Of a DNA stretch of 64,000 bases, positions 36,124-48,964 are shown one piece after another. Every line of letters starts with the position of its first letter. Within the stretch, counting starts at the first letter, position 1. The stretch lies in NCBI GenBank assembly GCA_950097015.1, contig CATNEN010000011.1, positions 3,348,001 to 3,412,000 on the forward strand. Reading direction: 5' to 3'. A program made the translations under genes and the position numbers. Under the pieces are notes generated by a model. It saw nothing but the letters and a program-made list of their open reading frames with translations, was not told the origin of the DNA and did not search any database. This DNA comes from Macrostomum hystrix (taxonomy: Eukaryota > Animalia > Platyhelminthes).

Positions 36124-36609
36124 TAGGGGTCGTCAAACTCCGGCCCACGGGCCAGATGCGGCCCTCGAAGCAACCTAAATCCGGCCCGTTGCCCCTACCA
36201 ACACCTACAGTTTCCTGTCTATCCTTCCCCTCTCATCTCTGCCGTGTCTCATCTCTCCCGTGTCTCATCTCTCCCGTCTCATCTCTGCCGTGTCTAATCT
36301 CTCCCGTGTCTCATCTCTCCCATGTCTCATCTCTCCCGTGTCTCATCTCTCCTGTGCCTCATCTCTCCTATGTCTCATCTCTCCGATGTCTCATCTCTCC
36401 TGTGTCTCATCTCTCCTATGTCTCATCTCTCCCATGTCTCATCTCTCCCGTGTCTGATCTCTCCCGTGTCTCATCTCACCCCTGTCTCATCTCTCCTGTG
36501 CCTGATCTATCTCCCATGTCCTATTTCTACTGTGAATACGGCCCACTGTCGTCTTTTAGGTTCTGTATTTGGCCCTGCTAGCTAATACATGTAAGTTTGT
36601 TAACCCCTG
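36124..36609. mobile_element. hAT-type MITE (family of 3208-4137, opposite orientation) with internal minisatellite
   Basis: Termini TAGGGGTCGTCAAACTCCGGCCC and AAGTTTGTTAACCCCTG. Internal TCTCATCTCTCCCGTG repeats. No clear TSD. Confidence 0.75.
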
Positions 36610-36914
36610 ATACATAACATAATAATAATTTAACTTAAAAGCAAAATATATGAGGATATGTAATTTTAAGAATGCAATAAAAATGTTTTAGTATATTTGT
36701 ACAACCTTGTTTGTGGATCGTTTGTTTAAATGAATTACTAAATTCCAGTTAACAACATTTTTTTGTCATTTGTACTAGCGCTTGAGTTTCCAAGAATTTC
36801 TAAGAATTTCCGAGAACTGCTGCCTGGGGTGCTTAGAAACATTCTTACCAAGTACAAGTCTCCAGACATTAGTATAGATTTAGTAATTAGTAATTAAATT
36901 CTGTACTTTCTTTC

Positions 36915-37168
36915 TGTCGTGTCGTGGCTGGCTAGCCAAACTTGAGCCGCAAATGGGCGAGAGGTTGTTATTTATTATAGTTGGCATTGCACATAGATGT
37001 ACATGCAGATACGAGTAAAGCATCAGCTAATAGATTAGACGGTTAGGCATAAGCGTACATTGACAGACAGAGCAGGCGGGGAGAGAGCAAGCAGTCCTAA
37101 ACTCAGCGCCAATAACAATTGGGGTGCAGCCCCACACTGCGCACTTCAAGTCAAGTCACGATACAACA
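36915..37168 (-). repeat. 3' LTR
   Basis: Direct repeat of 41010-41263. Confidence 0.95.
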
Positions 37169-37176
37169 TCCCCTCA

Positions 37177-40100
37177 TCACCAACGAGGAGACAGTCGGTC
37201 TGGGGCGACTCCCTTGGTCGACCTGCAGCTTCGTCGGGGCTCCGGTGTAGCTTCAGCGGTCTGCTGCGGTGGTGCCGCTGCGTCTGGCCGCTGGCTATCA
37301 GGTTCCGGGTTCCGGCCGCCTTCGTCAGGGTTCCGGCCGCCGTCGTCAGGGCTCCGACCGGCATCGTCAGGATCCCGGCCGCCGTCGTCAGTGTTGTCCG
37401 TAACTTCCGCCCGGCTTGGACTCGGACACAAACGCAGCTGATCCCGGTGTGCCAGCACAGGCCTGTCGTCCTTGTCCCGGGTGACCACGGCCGTGTTGTG
37501 GCCGGCCTGTACCACAAAGCGGACGGTCTCAGCCGGCACCCCCGGTCGCGACTAGTAGACGAGCGGCGCATCGGTGTCGAATTGGAGGGTCAGCGGACTT
37601 CGCAGCTGTCGCCCCATAAGCGCAGACGGACTGCCACGCCCGTCGCCCCGCGGAGTGGCCCGGTAGTTAAGCAGCAGCTTGGCGAGGTACGCGTCGAACC
37701 TGCCCTGGTGCACGGCGAAGGCCCGCAGCCCCTTCTTGACGGTCTGGACCATGCGCTCGGCGCACCCGTTTGACTGCGGATGATACGGCGGCGAGTGCAT
37801 CGGCGAGCAGCCGATCTTCTTGAGCCACTCGTGCAGCTGCTGGTCACGGAACTCCGGAGCATTGTCCGCCACCAAGGTATGCGGCACACCCAGGCGGGAA
37901 AAAATCAAGCGGAGCACCTTGATGACCGTCATCGCGCTCTTGTCGGCAACAGGCACCGCTTCCGGCCAGCCGGAGAAGGCGTCCACCACAATGAGCAGCA
38001 GGCCGAAGCCGGGAACGTGAGCATGGTCCATGTGCACGCGTCTCCAGGGACCATTTTCCGCCGGCCAGGTGTGGCACGTTCTGGCAGGCATTGGACGGAT
38101 CTCCGCGCATCGCTGGCATTGCTTGACGAAGTTTTCGACGTCCTCGCAGTGACCCGGCCAACAGGCTTCCAGCTTGAGTCGATTTCTTGTCGCTAGGGCA
38201 CCGCAGTGCGAGTCGCCGTGAGCCGCTCGCAGCACGTCTTGCCGCAGCCGGCTAGGCGGGACCACCAGGTCTCTCAGGCAGACGACGCCACTCTCCACTG
38301 AGAGCTGCTGGCGGACGGCTTTATACGGTCGCTCCGCTGCCGAGCAGTTGTTCCACGCATTGCTGCGGATCCTGCGCTTGACGCTGGCGAGCACCGGGTC
38401 ATTGTCAGTGGCGTCTCTGATCTGCTCCAGCTTGAGCACCTCCGTCTCTGTCCAGTGAACGAAGCTTTCCTGGAAGTCGTCTCCATCGCCTTCCTCCTTG
38501 AATTCAATTCGAGACAGCGCGTCGACATGCGGGATGCAACTGCCCTTGATGTACGAGATTTCGTAGTCGAAGGCCGACAGCTGCAACGCCCAGCGCATGA
38601 TCCTTGCCGATGTGACCTTTGGAAGCTCCCGAGACGGACTAAAAATGAACTCCAATGGTTGATGATCGCACTGGAGCACAAACTTGCTGCCGAGAAGAAA
38701 GTGTCTGGCTCTCTGAGTGGCCCACACCACAGCCAGGGCCTCTCGCTCGATATTCGAGTAATTTCTCTCAGCCGGTGTCAGCCGTCTTGACAGGTACATC
38801 ACTGGGTGCTCGTCCTGAGAGAGGATTGCTGCTATGGCCTTCTCGCTGGCGTCAGTAGTCAGAGTTGTGCGCTTTCTTGCATCGAAGATTCGGACCACTG
38901 GGGAAGCTGCAAGCGCCTGCTTGAGCTCGTCAAACGCTTTCTGCTGCCGAGGTCCCCAATGGAACGCGACTTTCTTGCTCCGCAGCTCGGTCAGCGGCTC
39001 GGTCTTTTCCGAGTAGGACTTGATGTAGCGCGAGTAGTACACCGTCATTCCTAGAAACGATTCGAGTTCCTTTTTGCTCGCCGGGGTGCTCACGCCGAGG
39101 ATTTTCTCCACCAGCTTCCGATCAGGGCGCACGCCGTCAGCCGCGATGCGGTAGCCGTGCTGCGGAAAACGCATTTTTTTTCGTTGATCGACATGCCGGC
39201 ATCAGAAAGCGCTCTCAGCAGGTCCCGGACTTTGCTGTCCAATTCGTCCGCTGTGGTGGCGCCAACGCACATGTCGTCTTGGTAGATCACCAGGTTGCTG
39301 ACCGCACCGCCGACCGTTGCCTCCATGGCAGCCTGGAACTGCGCACTGGCCGTCTTCACCCCGAATGGCATGCGCGTCCATCTGAGCAGGCCTAGGGGCG
39401 TGATGATGGTGAGTATTTCTCTGGAGGCCTCGTCTAGCTCAATCTGGTTGTAGGCATTTGTTAAGTCTACAATTGCGAAGTGCTTCATACCTGCCAGGGC
39501 ACTGAAGGCTTGCTCGATGTTGGGCAGTGGGTAGGCGTCAGAGCAGATCTTCGGGTTCACCCCGACCTTGTAGTCGGAGCAGATTCTCAGGTCTCCGTCG
39601 GCCTTGCGCACCACCACAATGGGCGATGCCCAACTGCTGCCGCCTGGCGGCACAGGCTCGAGGATCCCGGCGTCGATCATCGTCCGCAGCTTAGCCACCA
39701 CCAGCGGCTTGAGATGAATCGGGAGCGGCCGGGCATCGAAGAAGCTGGGCTGAGCGTTCTCCCTGAGCAGGACCCGAGCACGGAAACCTTTGAGCTTGCC
39801 TAGCGGTTTGCTGCTGCGCTCCACTTGATTGACAGTCGCTGTGTCCAGCTTGAAGTCCAGCACGTCTGTTCCGATGAGGCCGTGCTCCTTTGTGCACTCA
39901 GTGACCGTCACGTCCGCACAGGCGATTTGTCTCCCGACTTCGATGAGCGCCGTGAAGCATCCTCTAGTTCTGATGACTGTTCCGTCAAATTGTCGCAGTC
40001 TCAACTTGGACTTTCGTAGCTTGGGCTCACCGAGGCTCCTCCAGAAGTTTATCGGAATGATGCTCGCACCGGATCCAGAGTCGAGCTGCATTTTGAACGG

Positions 40101-41009
40101 CTTGCCTTCAATGAGCACAGTTTTTATGCTGCCGCTGCCGCTCTCGTTGCCGACAATGGTGTAGATGCCTGCCTGCTCACACTCGCTCGTGTCGATTTCA
40201 TGGGCATGTGCAACCGACTTGGACTTGGCGCTGCTCCTGCAGACTGCAGCAAAGTGGTTCCTGCGGTGGCATTTGTTACAAGTCTTCCCGAATGCAGGGC
40301 ATTTGCCTGGCTGGTGCTGCAGACCACACAACCTGCACTGAGCACCGCTATTGCGGTTCCTGTCGATGCTGGCAACTGGTGTCGAACTCTCAGCCGTCTC
40401 GGAGCTTCTGCTAGGCTCTCGGGCTTCAGCAGATCGGTCGCTTGAGCTGTAGCTCTGGATGAGCTCTAACTGCTGGATGTACTGCAGACACGTGTCCAGA
40501 GTCACTGGATTCTCAGAGCTCTGAATGTGCTCAAGTGTTTTGGTCCGCTGGCTGCGGTCGCATAAGCCGCTGATCAGCAGTGTTTGGATCAAGTCATCCT
40601 CGGCTGACTGTTTGCAGCCTTGTTCGTTGAGCTTGTCAAACTCACAGTGCTTTGCCGCGTCTCTCAAGCGCTCCGCGAACTGCTGGGCCGACTCTGTTGA
40701 CAGCTGCCGCTGGGACATGAACCTTGTGCGCTCTGCAATCACCAGTTTCTTTTTGGGCTGGAGTCGCCCGATGATCATTTCCTTGATGTCCTTGAAGGTC
40801 ATATCCTCAATGTTTTTCGGCTTTGCCATGATAGAGACGGATCGGACTGCATTGATTCCTGCTCGAGCAAGGAAGAGGTCTGTCACCTGCTTCTCTTCGT
40901 TTGTATCTTGCAGTTTTTTGTGCCTGCACAGTGCTTCAAAACTTTGCAGCCAGGCCTCAGCCATGGCTGGGTCATTGAGAGGTAATTCACTGGCTGCTTG
41001 CGATGCCAT
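37177..41009 (-). pseudogene. Gag-Pol polyprotein broken by a frameshift in RT (about 39160) and an in-frame TAG in the integrase C-terminus (37552-37554)
   Basis: Two Cys-His knuckles (CRLCGLQHQPGKC, CNKCHRRNHFAAVC), protease LDSGS, RT YQDD, RNase H TDAS, integrase HHCC and D,D35E (VHMDH, ADNAPEF, NGCAER). The frame continues past the TAG to AHRDQLR. Confidence 0.9.
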
Positions 41010-41263
41010 TGTCGTGTCGTGGCTGGCTAGCCAAACTTGAGCCGCAAATGGGCGAGAGGTTGTTATTTATTATAGTTGGCATTGCACATAGATGTACATG
41101 CAGATACGAGTAAAGCATCAGCTAATAGATTAGACGGTTAGGCATAAGCGTACATTGACAGACAGAGCAGGCGGGGAGAGAGCAAGCAGTCCTAAACTCA
41201 GCGCCAATAACAATTGGGGTGCAGCCCCACACTGCGCACTTCAAGTCAAGTCACGATACAACA
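41010..41263 (-). repeat. 5' LTR
   Basis: Direct repeat of 36915-37168. Confidence 0.95.
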
Positions 41264-41781
41264 CTTTCTTATTCCTAAAGTTATAAACACAAACAATGTT
41301 TTCGATCATTTTCTCGTTTCACAGCTGCCAGCACTTGCTTTTTCGAAGCAGCGAGTATATATCTAACAGACAGGAACAAAAGTTAAGAGAAAATAAATAG
41401 ATGAAGAAGAAAACTATTTTAACACCCTTAGCACTTATGCGAAAAAGCCAGACTATAGAAATAGGTTGGCAGTTATACTGGTAGAATATTATGTAAACAA
41501 AACACTTGGATAGGTTTTTAAGTAATCCCGAAAATTGCTGAATTTTTTTTATTAAAAACATTCGCTGTTCTGATAAACTTTTTACAAACGGATGTATAGT
41601 CAAAAAATAGTCAGTTAGTGTGTGTAATGCGCATGTATCGATGAAAAACTCACGATGGACCGCAAGGCATAGTGAGAGCGTACACTGCCAGGCGATGAGA
41701 AAGTCAGGGCAGATGTACACACCTGTTTAAGTGTGTGCCTGTGTAAAGCATCAGTGTGCGTGTGCTCAGGGGGTGATGAGA

Positions 41782-44700
41782 TTAGGTAGTAAAACTGGAC
41801 GCAAGGACCCTAGCAACAGCCAGAGCTTGCACCGTTTCATCGGAGTTCAACAGACCAAGCACCTCTGCGACAAGGTCCGCAGCTAAATAGATCGAAAGTT
41901 GACTAGAATCACCCAACAGGTTAGTTAAAAGCTCGCTAGAAATCAACAGGTCGTGAGCAGCCAACCACAATTGTTCAGAACTGTTGCTAGCCGAATTGTT
42001 AACGAATAGTTTTAGACGACGTTGGAAAATCCACGAGACAAGGTCGAACCACTTTGGAATGTTGAGCCCAGTGTGAGCAAGTAGCAGCGACTGTGGGTCG
42101 GATAGAAAATATATCAATCAATATCAATAAACTGATTGATCAACTGATAAAAGAACAACACGAGAGAAACATTCACACCTGAGCAGCATCATTAAATCCG
42201 GGCGTATCGCGGACATCGCTTAGAGAGTCGAGGACATCTTTGAAGTCTTCCAAGAGCCGGTTGTGACAATGTCGAGCATTGCACCCGTTGAACCAGTTGT
42301 GATTTATGCTGACACAGGGCTCCAGATTTGCCACCTGGTGATGCCAGCTGGACGGGACAAACAGGACATCGCCCGGCTCCTGAACCACTCGGATGCCAGC
42401 CACACTGCCCAGTGTTTCGCCGCTGCATTCTCCCAAATCCCAGGGCAGCTTTCCGGATTTCGAGCGCAGCTTGTTCTCTTCTCCGGGCGGAAGAAGGATC
42501 CACAACTTTCTGCCAGCGATGTTCGCCGACCAGCTGAAGGAGCCGAAGACATCGCAGTGAAACGGCGTCCTGTGATAAATTGTTTGCGAATTATCAACAG
42601 CGATTTGAAATGTCATTTAAGAGATTATGATGTCATTCAGGGTCATTGAGAGATTGATTGGAGTCGAATCTCTGGGTTGGTTGGAGGCGATTCTCTGGGT
42701 TGGTTGGAGGCGATTCTCTGAGTTGGTTGGAGGCGATTCTCTGGGTTGGTTGGAGGCGATTCTCTGGGTTGGTTGGAGGCGATTCTCTGGGTTGGTTGGA
42801 GGCGAATCTCTGGGTTGGTTGGAGGCGATTCTCTAGGTTGGTTGGAGGCGAATCTCTGGGTTGGTTGGAGGCGATTCTCTGGGTTGGCTGGAGGCGAATC
42901 TCTGGGTTGGTTGGAGGCGATTCTCTGGGTTGGTTGGAGGCGAATCTCTGGGTTGGTTGGAGGCGATTCTCTGGGTTGGTTGGAGGCGAATCTCTGGGTT
43001 GGTTGGAGGCGAATCTCTGGGTTGGTTGGAGGCGATTCTCTGGGTTGGTTGGAGGCGATTCTCTGGGTTAGTTGGAGGCGATTCTCTGGGTTGGTTGGAG
43101 GCGATTCTCTGGGTTGGTTGGAGGCGATTCTCTGGGTTGGTTGGAGGCGATTCTCTGGGTTGGTTGGAGGCGATTCTCTAGGTTGGTTGGAGGCGATTCT
43201 CTGGGTTGGTTGGAGGCGATTCTCTGGGTTGGTTGGAGGCGATTCTCTGGGTTGGTTGGAGGCGATTCTCTGGGTTGGTTGGAGGCGATTCTCTGGGTTG
43301 GTTGGAGGCGATTCTCTGGGTTGGTTGGAGGCGATTCTCTGGGTTGGTTGCAGGCGATTCTCTGGGTTGGTTGGAGGCGATTCTCTGGGTTGGTTGGAGG
43401 CGATTCTCTGGGTTGGTTGGAGGCGATTCTCTGGGTTGGTTGGAGGCGATTCTCTGAGTTGGTTGGAGGCGATTCTCTGGGTTGGTTGGAGGCGAATCTC
43501 TAGGTTGGTTGGAGGCGATTCTCTGGGTTGGTTGGAGGCGATTCTCTGGGTTGGTTGGAGGCGAATCTCTGGGTTGGTTGGAGGCGATTCTCTGGGTTGG
43601 TTGGAGGCGATTCTCTGGGTTGGTTGGAGGCGAATCTCTAGGTTGGTTGGAGGCGAATCTCTGGGTTGGTTGGAGGCGAATCTCTGGGTTGGTTGGAGGC
43701 GATTCTCTGGGTTGGTTGGAGGCGATTCTCTGGGTTGGTTGGAGGCGAATCTCTGGGTTGGTTGGAGGCGAATCTCTAGGTTGGTTGCAGGCGATTCTCT
43801 GGGTTGGTTGGAGGCGATTCTCTGGGTTGGTTGGAGGCGATTCTCTGGGTTGGTTGGAGGCGAATCTCTGGGTTGGTTGGAGGCGATTCTCTGGGTTGGT
43901 TGGAGGCGAATCTCTAGGTTGGTTGGAGGCGATTCTCTGGGTTGGTTGCAGGCGATTCTCTGGGTTGGTTGCAGGCGATTCTCTGGGCTGGTTGGAGGCG
44001 AATCTCTGGGTTGGTTGGAGGCGATTCTCTGGGTTGGTTGGAGGCGATACTCTGGGTTAGTTGGAGGCGATTCTCTGGGTTGGTTGGAGGCGATTCTCTG
44101 GGTTGGTTGGAGGCGATTCTCTGAGTTGGTTGGAGGCGATTCTCTGCATTGGTTGGAGGCGATTCTCTGGGTTGGTTGCAGGCTAAATACTTGAGCATGA
44201 TTAGCTAGTATTTTTACCAAGAGTGCCTGGGTCCAACGTAGACAAATCGATAATCATTGTCAGTTTTAGCAAGACAATATTCGTTCAGCCAATCAGATGA
44301 GAAATACTGAGGCACTGAGTAGGCATTATAATCTGGATATTGTAGCTGAAAGTGCCAATCCTTCAGGTAGAGAATTTGTCGATTAGCACTGATATCGCCG
44401 TCCGGTTCTGCGTTTTGTAAAAGTCCATTGGGCCAGTAATCACCAAAGTATTCGTCTGCCGGCAGGCATACCACTGGATGACTCGAAAACTCTTGCTCGT
44501 CACAGCGAGACACCGGCAGGTCTTGAGTGCCTAAGTTTTAGGTGGTTCGGTCCGGTATGACGATATTTGAGTTTGAATTTATTTGACTTACGCAACAATC
44601 AACTTGCTCAGCTTAGAAATTAAAGTCTTACGCACACTTGTCGCCTGAGAGGTCAGGAGTTCGACTCCCAGGAAACGAGACAAATTTGTTTCATTTTAAC

Positions 44701-45538
44701 TGTTTTAGTCACATTTTTTTAACTGGGGTTGAAATTTGGGTCGGTGCGGAAGCCTCACCAGTCCACGGACTGAACAGTTTGTACTGAGCTTCCTTTGAAG
44801 CAACTTTTAACAGTAGCAAGAGCACGGGGGTATTTCAAAGTACCCACACCTTTCTCTTCTCTTTAGCTCCTAAAATATTCAACTAATCGCCATGAAAATC
44901 CTCAAAACATGAGCTAAAATTTTCCGCTCTAACCGATTAAACAGCTTTCAAAACCACAGAACATCGGCTTCGTCGAGATATTCAACGGTTCTCGTCGGAG
45001 TGTCTGGTGGCAAGAACCACAAGTAGTAAAGGCACAAGTAAAGTAAATGATCCTTCTCCTCGTCACCAGGGTCTTACACAAGAGTCGCTGAATATCTCGT
45101 CTATGCTGACGTCGAACGGCTTTAAAAGTTAGTTCATCGTAAAGGGTGGAAAATGTTGATCCATGTGGTGGTCTATTGCCTCAAAAGCGAATCTCAGACC
45201 TTTGCATATTCGCCAGAGAAAGTCGGCATTGACGGAGCCATCAGCTCGCGTCCAGTCAGTGCGTGCCGGCCAGTGCTCAGTGACGAAACTTTTGAGTAGC
45301 ACCGGCTTATTGGCCAACAAGTACCTAATTTGGTAAGATCAGTTCTCACTTGTTATGAAAAATTTTCAACGGTTCTGAAAGAATAATTAAACGCAGCAAA
45401 CTTCCACAACCTGCGATAAAAGTCCTTTACATCATGCTGCGCCGTCGAACCAGTCAGGATGTTCAATTCCACCTGGGCTCCCAGATGAAGCTCTTGAAAT
45501 CGTGTCACGCGGGCCGTGGAAGATGAGGCAGTCGACAT
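41782..45538 (-). CDS. JMJD4: 2-oxoglutarate/Fe(II)-dependent oxygenase JMJD4, 5 exons, 421 aa
   Basis: Exons 45411-45538, 45200-45324, 44218-44530, 42179-42569, 41782-42090. Phases 2,1,2,0, total 1266 nt. Motifs LYLKDWH, YFSSDWLNE, DYRFVYVGP, WTPFHCD, FVPSSWHHQV, SINHNW. The HxD...H iron triad is intact. Confidence 0.95.
42650..44182. repeat. 23-bp G-rich satellite array 1 (JMJD4 intron 3)
   Basis: Unit GGTTGGTTGGAGGCGATTCTCTG. Confidence 0.98.
44610..44785 (+). mobile_element. tRNA-SINE head fragment in JMJD4 intron 2 (repeated at about 48035-48210 and 51455-51630)
   Basis: B-box-like GGAGTTCGACTCCC followed by CAGTCCACGGACTGAACAG, as in the SINEs at 905 and 58258. Confidence 0.55.
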
Positions 45539-46107
45539 GCAAAACTAAGTCGTTGCTAGTGTACTTTAAAAATAGCTGCAAGTCAGAGAAATTTAGAAGG
45601 CTGAAAGCATATTTTTGACGTTAGCAAGAAAGCTACAGCCGCCGTCCTTGACTGACGCATGGTTGCACTTTTAACCCGACGACAGATCGAACGAACGTTA
45701 CCGCAAAAGTCAACCAGTTTGTTACAGTGCTACACAGTCTATAGCATTTAGTCTAGTCTGCCAATCAATCAGTCGAATATACTCGTATTTTCTTTGTAAC
45801 ATTTACCAATCACAGAAATGCAAAGCGGAACAATTGAGGGTTTTAACACAGTAGCAGAAGAAACAAGGGAGGGGATCCCGCTAAAAGTCTGGCATTTAAA
45901 ACTTTGCATTCTCCGTTTCTTATCAACGTATTCCATCAAAGCGCACTGGAGAGAGGAGTGCATTCCACAACATGCGGCTCGGTTCTAGCAACGTGTCTAA
46001 ACGACAGTCGCTACGCCAGTCGCTCGTACTTTACTGCCAAACAACAGCCTCCTCGGAAAATAATTCTGCCAAGATAATGCGATTATAAAGCCATCAAATT
46101 TTTAAGC

Positions 46108-47610
46108 ATGCAGGCGATTCTCTGGGTTGGTTAGAGGCGATTCTCTGGGTTGGTTGGAGGCGATTCTCTGGGTTGGTTGCAGGCGATTCTCTGGGTTGGT
46201 TGCAGGCGATTCTCTGGGTTGGTTGGAGGCGATTCTCTGGGTTGGTTGCAGGCGATTCTCTGGGTTGGTTGGAGGCGATTCTCTGGGTTGGTTGGAGGCG
46301 ATTCTCTGGGTTGATTGGAGGCGATTCTCTGGGTTGGTTGGAGGCGATTCTCTGGGTTGGTTGGAGGCGATTCTCTGGGTTGATTGGAGGCGAATCTCTG
46401 GGTTGGTTGGAGGCGATTCTCTGGGTTGGTTGGAGGCGATTCTCTGGGTTGGTTGGAGGCGAATCTCTGGGTTGGTTGGAGGCGATTCTCTGGGTTGGTT
46501 GGAGGCGATTCTCTGGGTTGGTTGCAGGCGATTCTCTGGGTTGGTTGGAGGCGATTCTCTGGGTTGGTTGGAGGCGATTCTCTGGGTTGGTTGGAGGCGA
46601 TTCTCTGGGTTGGTTGCAGGCGATTCTCTGGGTTGGTTGCAGGCGATTCTCTGGGTTGGTTGGAGGCGATTCTCTGGGTTGGTTGGAGGCGATTCTCTGG
46701 GTTGGTTGGAGGCGATTCTCTGGGTTGGTTGGAGGCGATTCTCTGGGTTGATTGGAGGCGATTCTCTGGGTTGGTTGGAGGCGATTCTCTGGGTTGGTTG
46801 GAGGCGATTCTCTGGGTTGATTGGAGGCGAATCTCTGGGTTGGTTGGAGGCGATTCTCTGGGTTGGTTGGAGGCGATTCTCTGGGTTGATTGGAGGCGAA
46901 TCTCTGGGTTGGTTGGAGGCGAATCTCTGGGTTGGTTGGAGGCGAATCTCTGGGTTGGTTGGAGGCGATTCTCTGGGTTGGTTGGAGGCGATTCTCTGGG
47001 TTGGTTGGAGGCGATTCTCTGGGTTGGTTGCAGGCGATTCTCTGGGTTGGTTGCAGGCGATTCTCTGGGTTGGTTGGAGGCGATTCTCTGGGTTGGTTGG
47101 AGGCGATTCTCTGGGTTAGTTGGAGGCGATTCTCTGGGTTGGTTGGAGGCGAATCTCTGGGTTGGTTGGAGGCGATTCTCTGGGTTGGTTGGAGGCGATT
47201 CTCTGGGTTGGTTGGAGGCGATTCTCTGGGTTGGTTGGAGGCGAATCTCTGGGTTGGTTGGAGGCGATTCTCTGGGTTGGTTGGAGGCGATTCTCTGGGT
47301 TAGTTGGAGGCGATTCTCTGGGTTGGTTGGAGGCGAATCTCTGGGTTGGTTGGAGGCGATTCTCTGGGTTGGTTGGAGGCGATTCTCTGGGTTGGTTGGA
47401 GGCGAATCTCTGGGTTGGTTGGAGGCGATTCTCTGGGTTGGTTGGAGGCGATTCTCTGGGTTGGTTGGAGGCGAATCTCTGGGTTGGTTGGAGGCGATTC
47501 TCTGGGTTGGTTGGAGGCGATTCTCTGGGTTGGTTGGAGGCGAATCTCTGGGTTGGTTGGAGGCGATTCTCTGGGTTGGTTGGAGGCGAATCTCTGGGTT
47601 GGTTGCAGGC
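46108..47610. repeat. 23-bp satellite array 2
   Basis: Same unit. Left boundary TTTTAAGCATGCAGGCG, right boundary GCAGGCTAAATAC. Confidence 0.98.
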
Positions 47611-47644
47611 TAAATACTTGAGCATGATTAGCTAGTATTTTTAC

Positions 47645-48964
47645 CAAGAGTGCCTGGGTCCAACGTAGACAAATCGATAATCATTGTCAGTTTTAGCAAG
47701 ACAATATTCGTTCAGCCAATCAGATGAGAAATACTGAGGCACTGAGTAGGCCTTATAATCTGGATATTGTAGCTGAAAGTGCCAATCCTTCAGGTAGAGA
47801 ATTTGTCGATTAGCACTGATATCGCCGTCCGGTTCTGCGTTTTGTAAAAGTCCATTGGGCCAGTAATCACCAAAGTATTCGTCTGCCGGCAGGCATACCA
47901 CTGGATGACTCGAAAACTCTTGCTCGTCACAGCGAGACACCGGCAGGTCTTGAGTGCCTAAGTTTTAGGTGGTTCGGTCCGGTATGACGATATTTGAATT
48001 TGAATTTATTTGACTTACGCAACACTCAACTTGCTCAGCTTAGAAATTAAAGTCTTACGCACACTTGTCGCCTGAGAGGTCAGGAGTTCGACTCCCAGGA
48101 AACGAGACAAATTTGTTTCATTTTAACTGTTTTAGTCATATTTTTTAACTGGGGTTGAAATTTGGGTCGGTGCGGAAGCCTCACCAGTCCACGGACTGAA
48201 CAGTTTGTACTGAGCTTCCTTTGAAGCAACTTTTAACAGTAACAAGAGCACGGGAGTATTTCAAAGTACCCACACCTTTCTCTTCTCTTTAGCTCCAAAA
48301 ATATTCAACTAATCGCCATGAAAATCCACAAGACATGGGCTAAAATTTTCCGCTCTAACCGATTAAACAGCTTTCAAAGCCACAGAGCATCGGCTTCGTC
48401 GAGATATTCAACGGTTCTCGTCGGAGTGTCTGGTGGCAAGAACCGCAAGTAGTAAAGGTACATGTAAAGTAAATGATCCTTGTCCTCGTCACCAGGGTCT
48501 TACACAAGAGTCGCTGAATATCTCGTCGATGCTGACGTCGAACGGCTTTGAAAGTTAGTTCATCGTAAAGGGTGGAAAATGTTGATCCATGTGGTGGTCT
48601 ATTGCCTCAAAAGCGAATCTCAGACCTTTGCATATTCGCCAGAGAAAGTCGGCATTGACGGAGCCATCAGCTCGCGTCCAGTCAGTGCGTGCCGGCCAGT
48701 GCTCAGTGACGAAGCTTTTGAGTAGCACCGGCTTATTGGCCAACAAGTACCTAATTTGGTAAGATCAGTTCTCACTTGTCATGAAAAATTTTCAACGGTT
48801 CTGAAATAATAATTAAACGCAGCAAACTTCCACAACCTGCGATAAAAGTCCTTTACATCATGCTGCGCCGTCGAACCAGTCAGGATGTTCAATTCCACCT
48901 GGGCTCCCAGATGAAGCTCTTGAAATCGTGTCACGCGGGCCGTGGAAGATGAGGCAGTCGACAT
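47645..48964 (-). pseudogene. JMJD4: JMJD4 partial duplicate 2 (exons 1-3 only)
   Basis: Exons 48837-48964, 48626-48750, 47645-47957. Splice sites intact. No private exons 4-5. A few SNPs versus the full copy (for example DYKAY vs DYNAY). Confidence 0.8.

Larger units (their letters stand above)
36915..41263 (-). mobile_element. Ty3/Gypsy LTR retrotransposon (Mag-like), full length with disabling lesions
   Basis: 254-bp LTRs TG...CA at 36915-37168 and 41010-41263 look identical by eye. 5-bp TSD CTTTC at 36910-36914 and 41264-41268. PBS-like TGG follows the 5' LTR and PPT GATGAGGGGA precedes the 3' LTR. Domain order is gag-PR-RT-RH-IN. Confidence 0.97.

Noticed and set aside
45769-45963. 62-64 aa ORF upstream of each JMJD4 block (MHSSLQCALMEY...)
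   Set aside because: No recognisable motif, and its C-terminus differs between copies through an indel. It recurs only because the block is duplicated.
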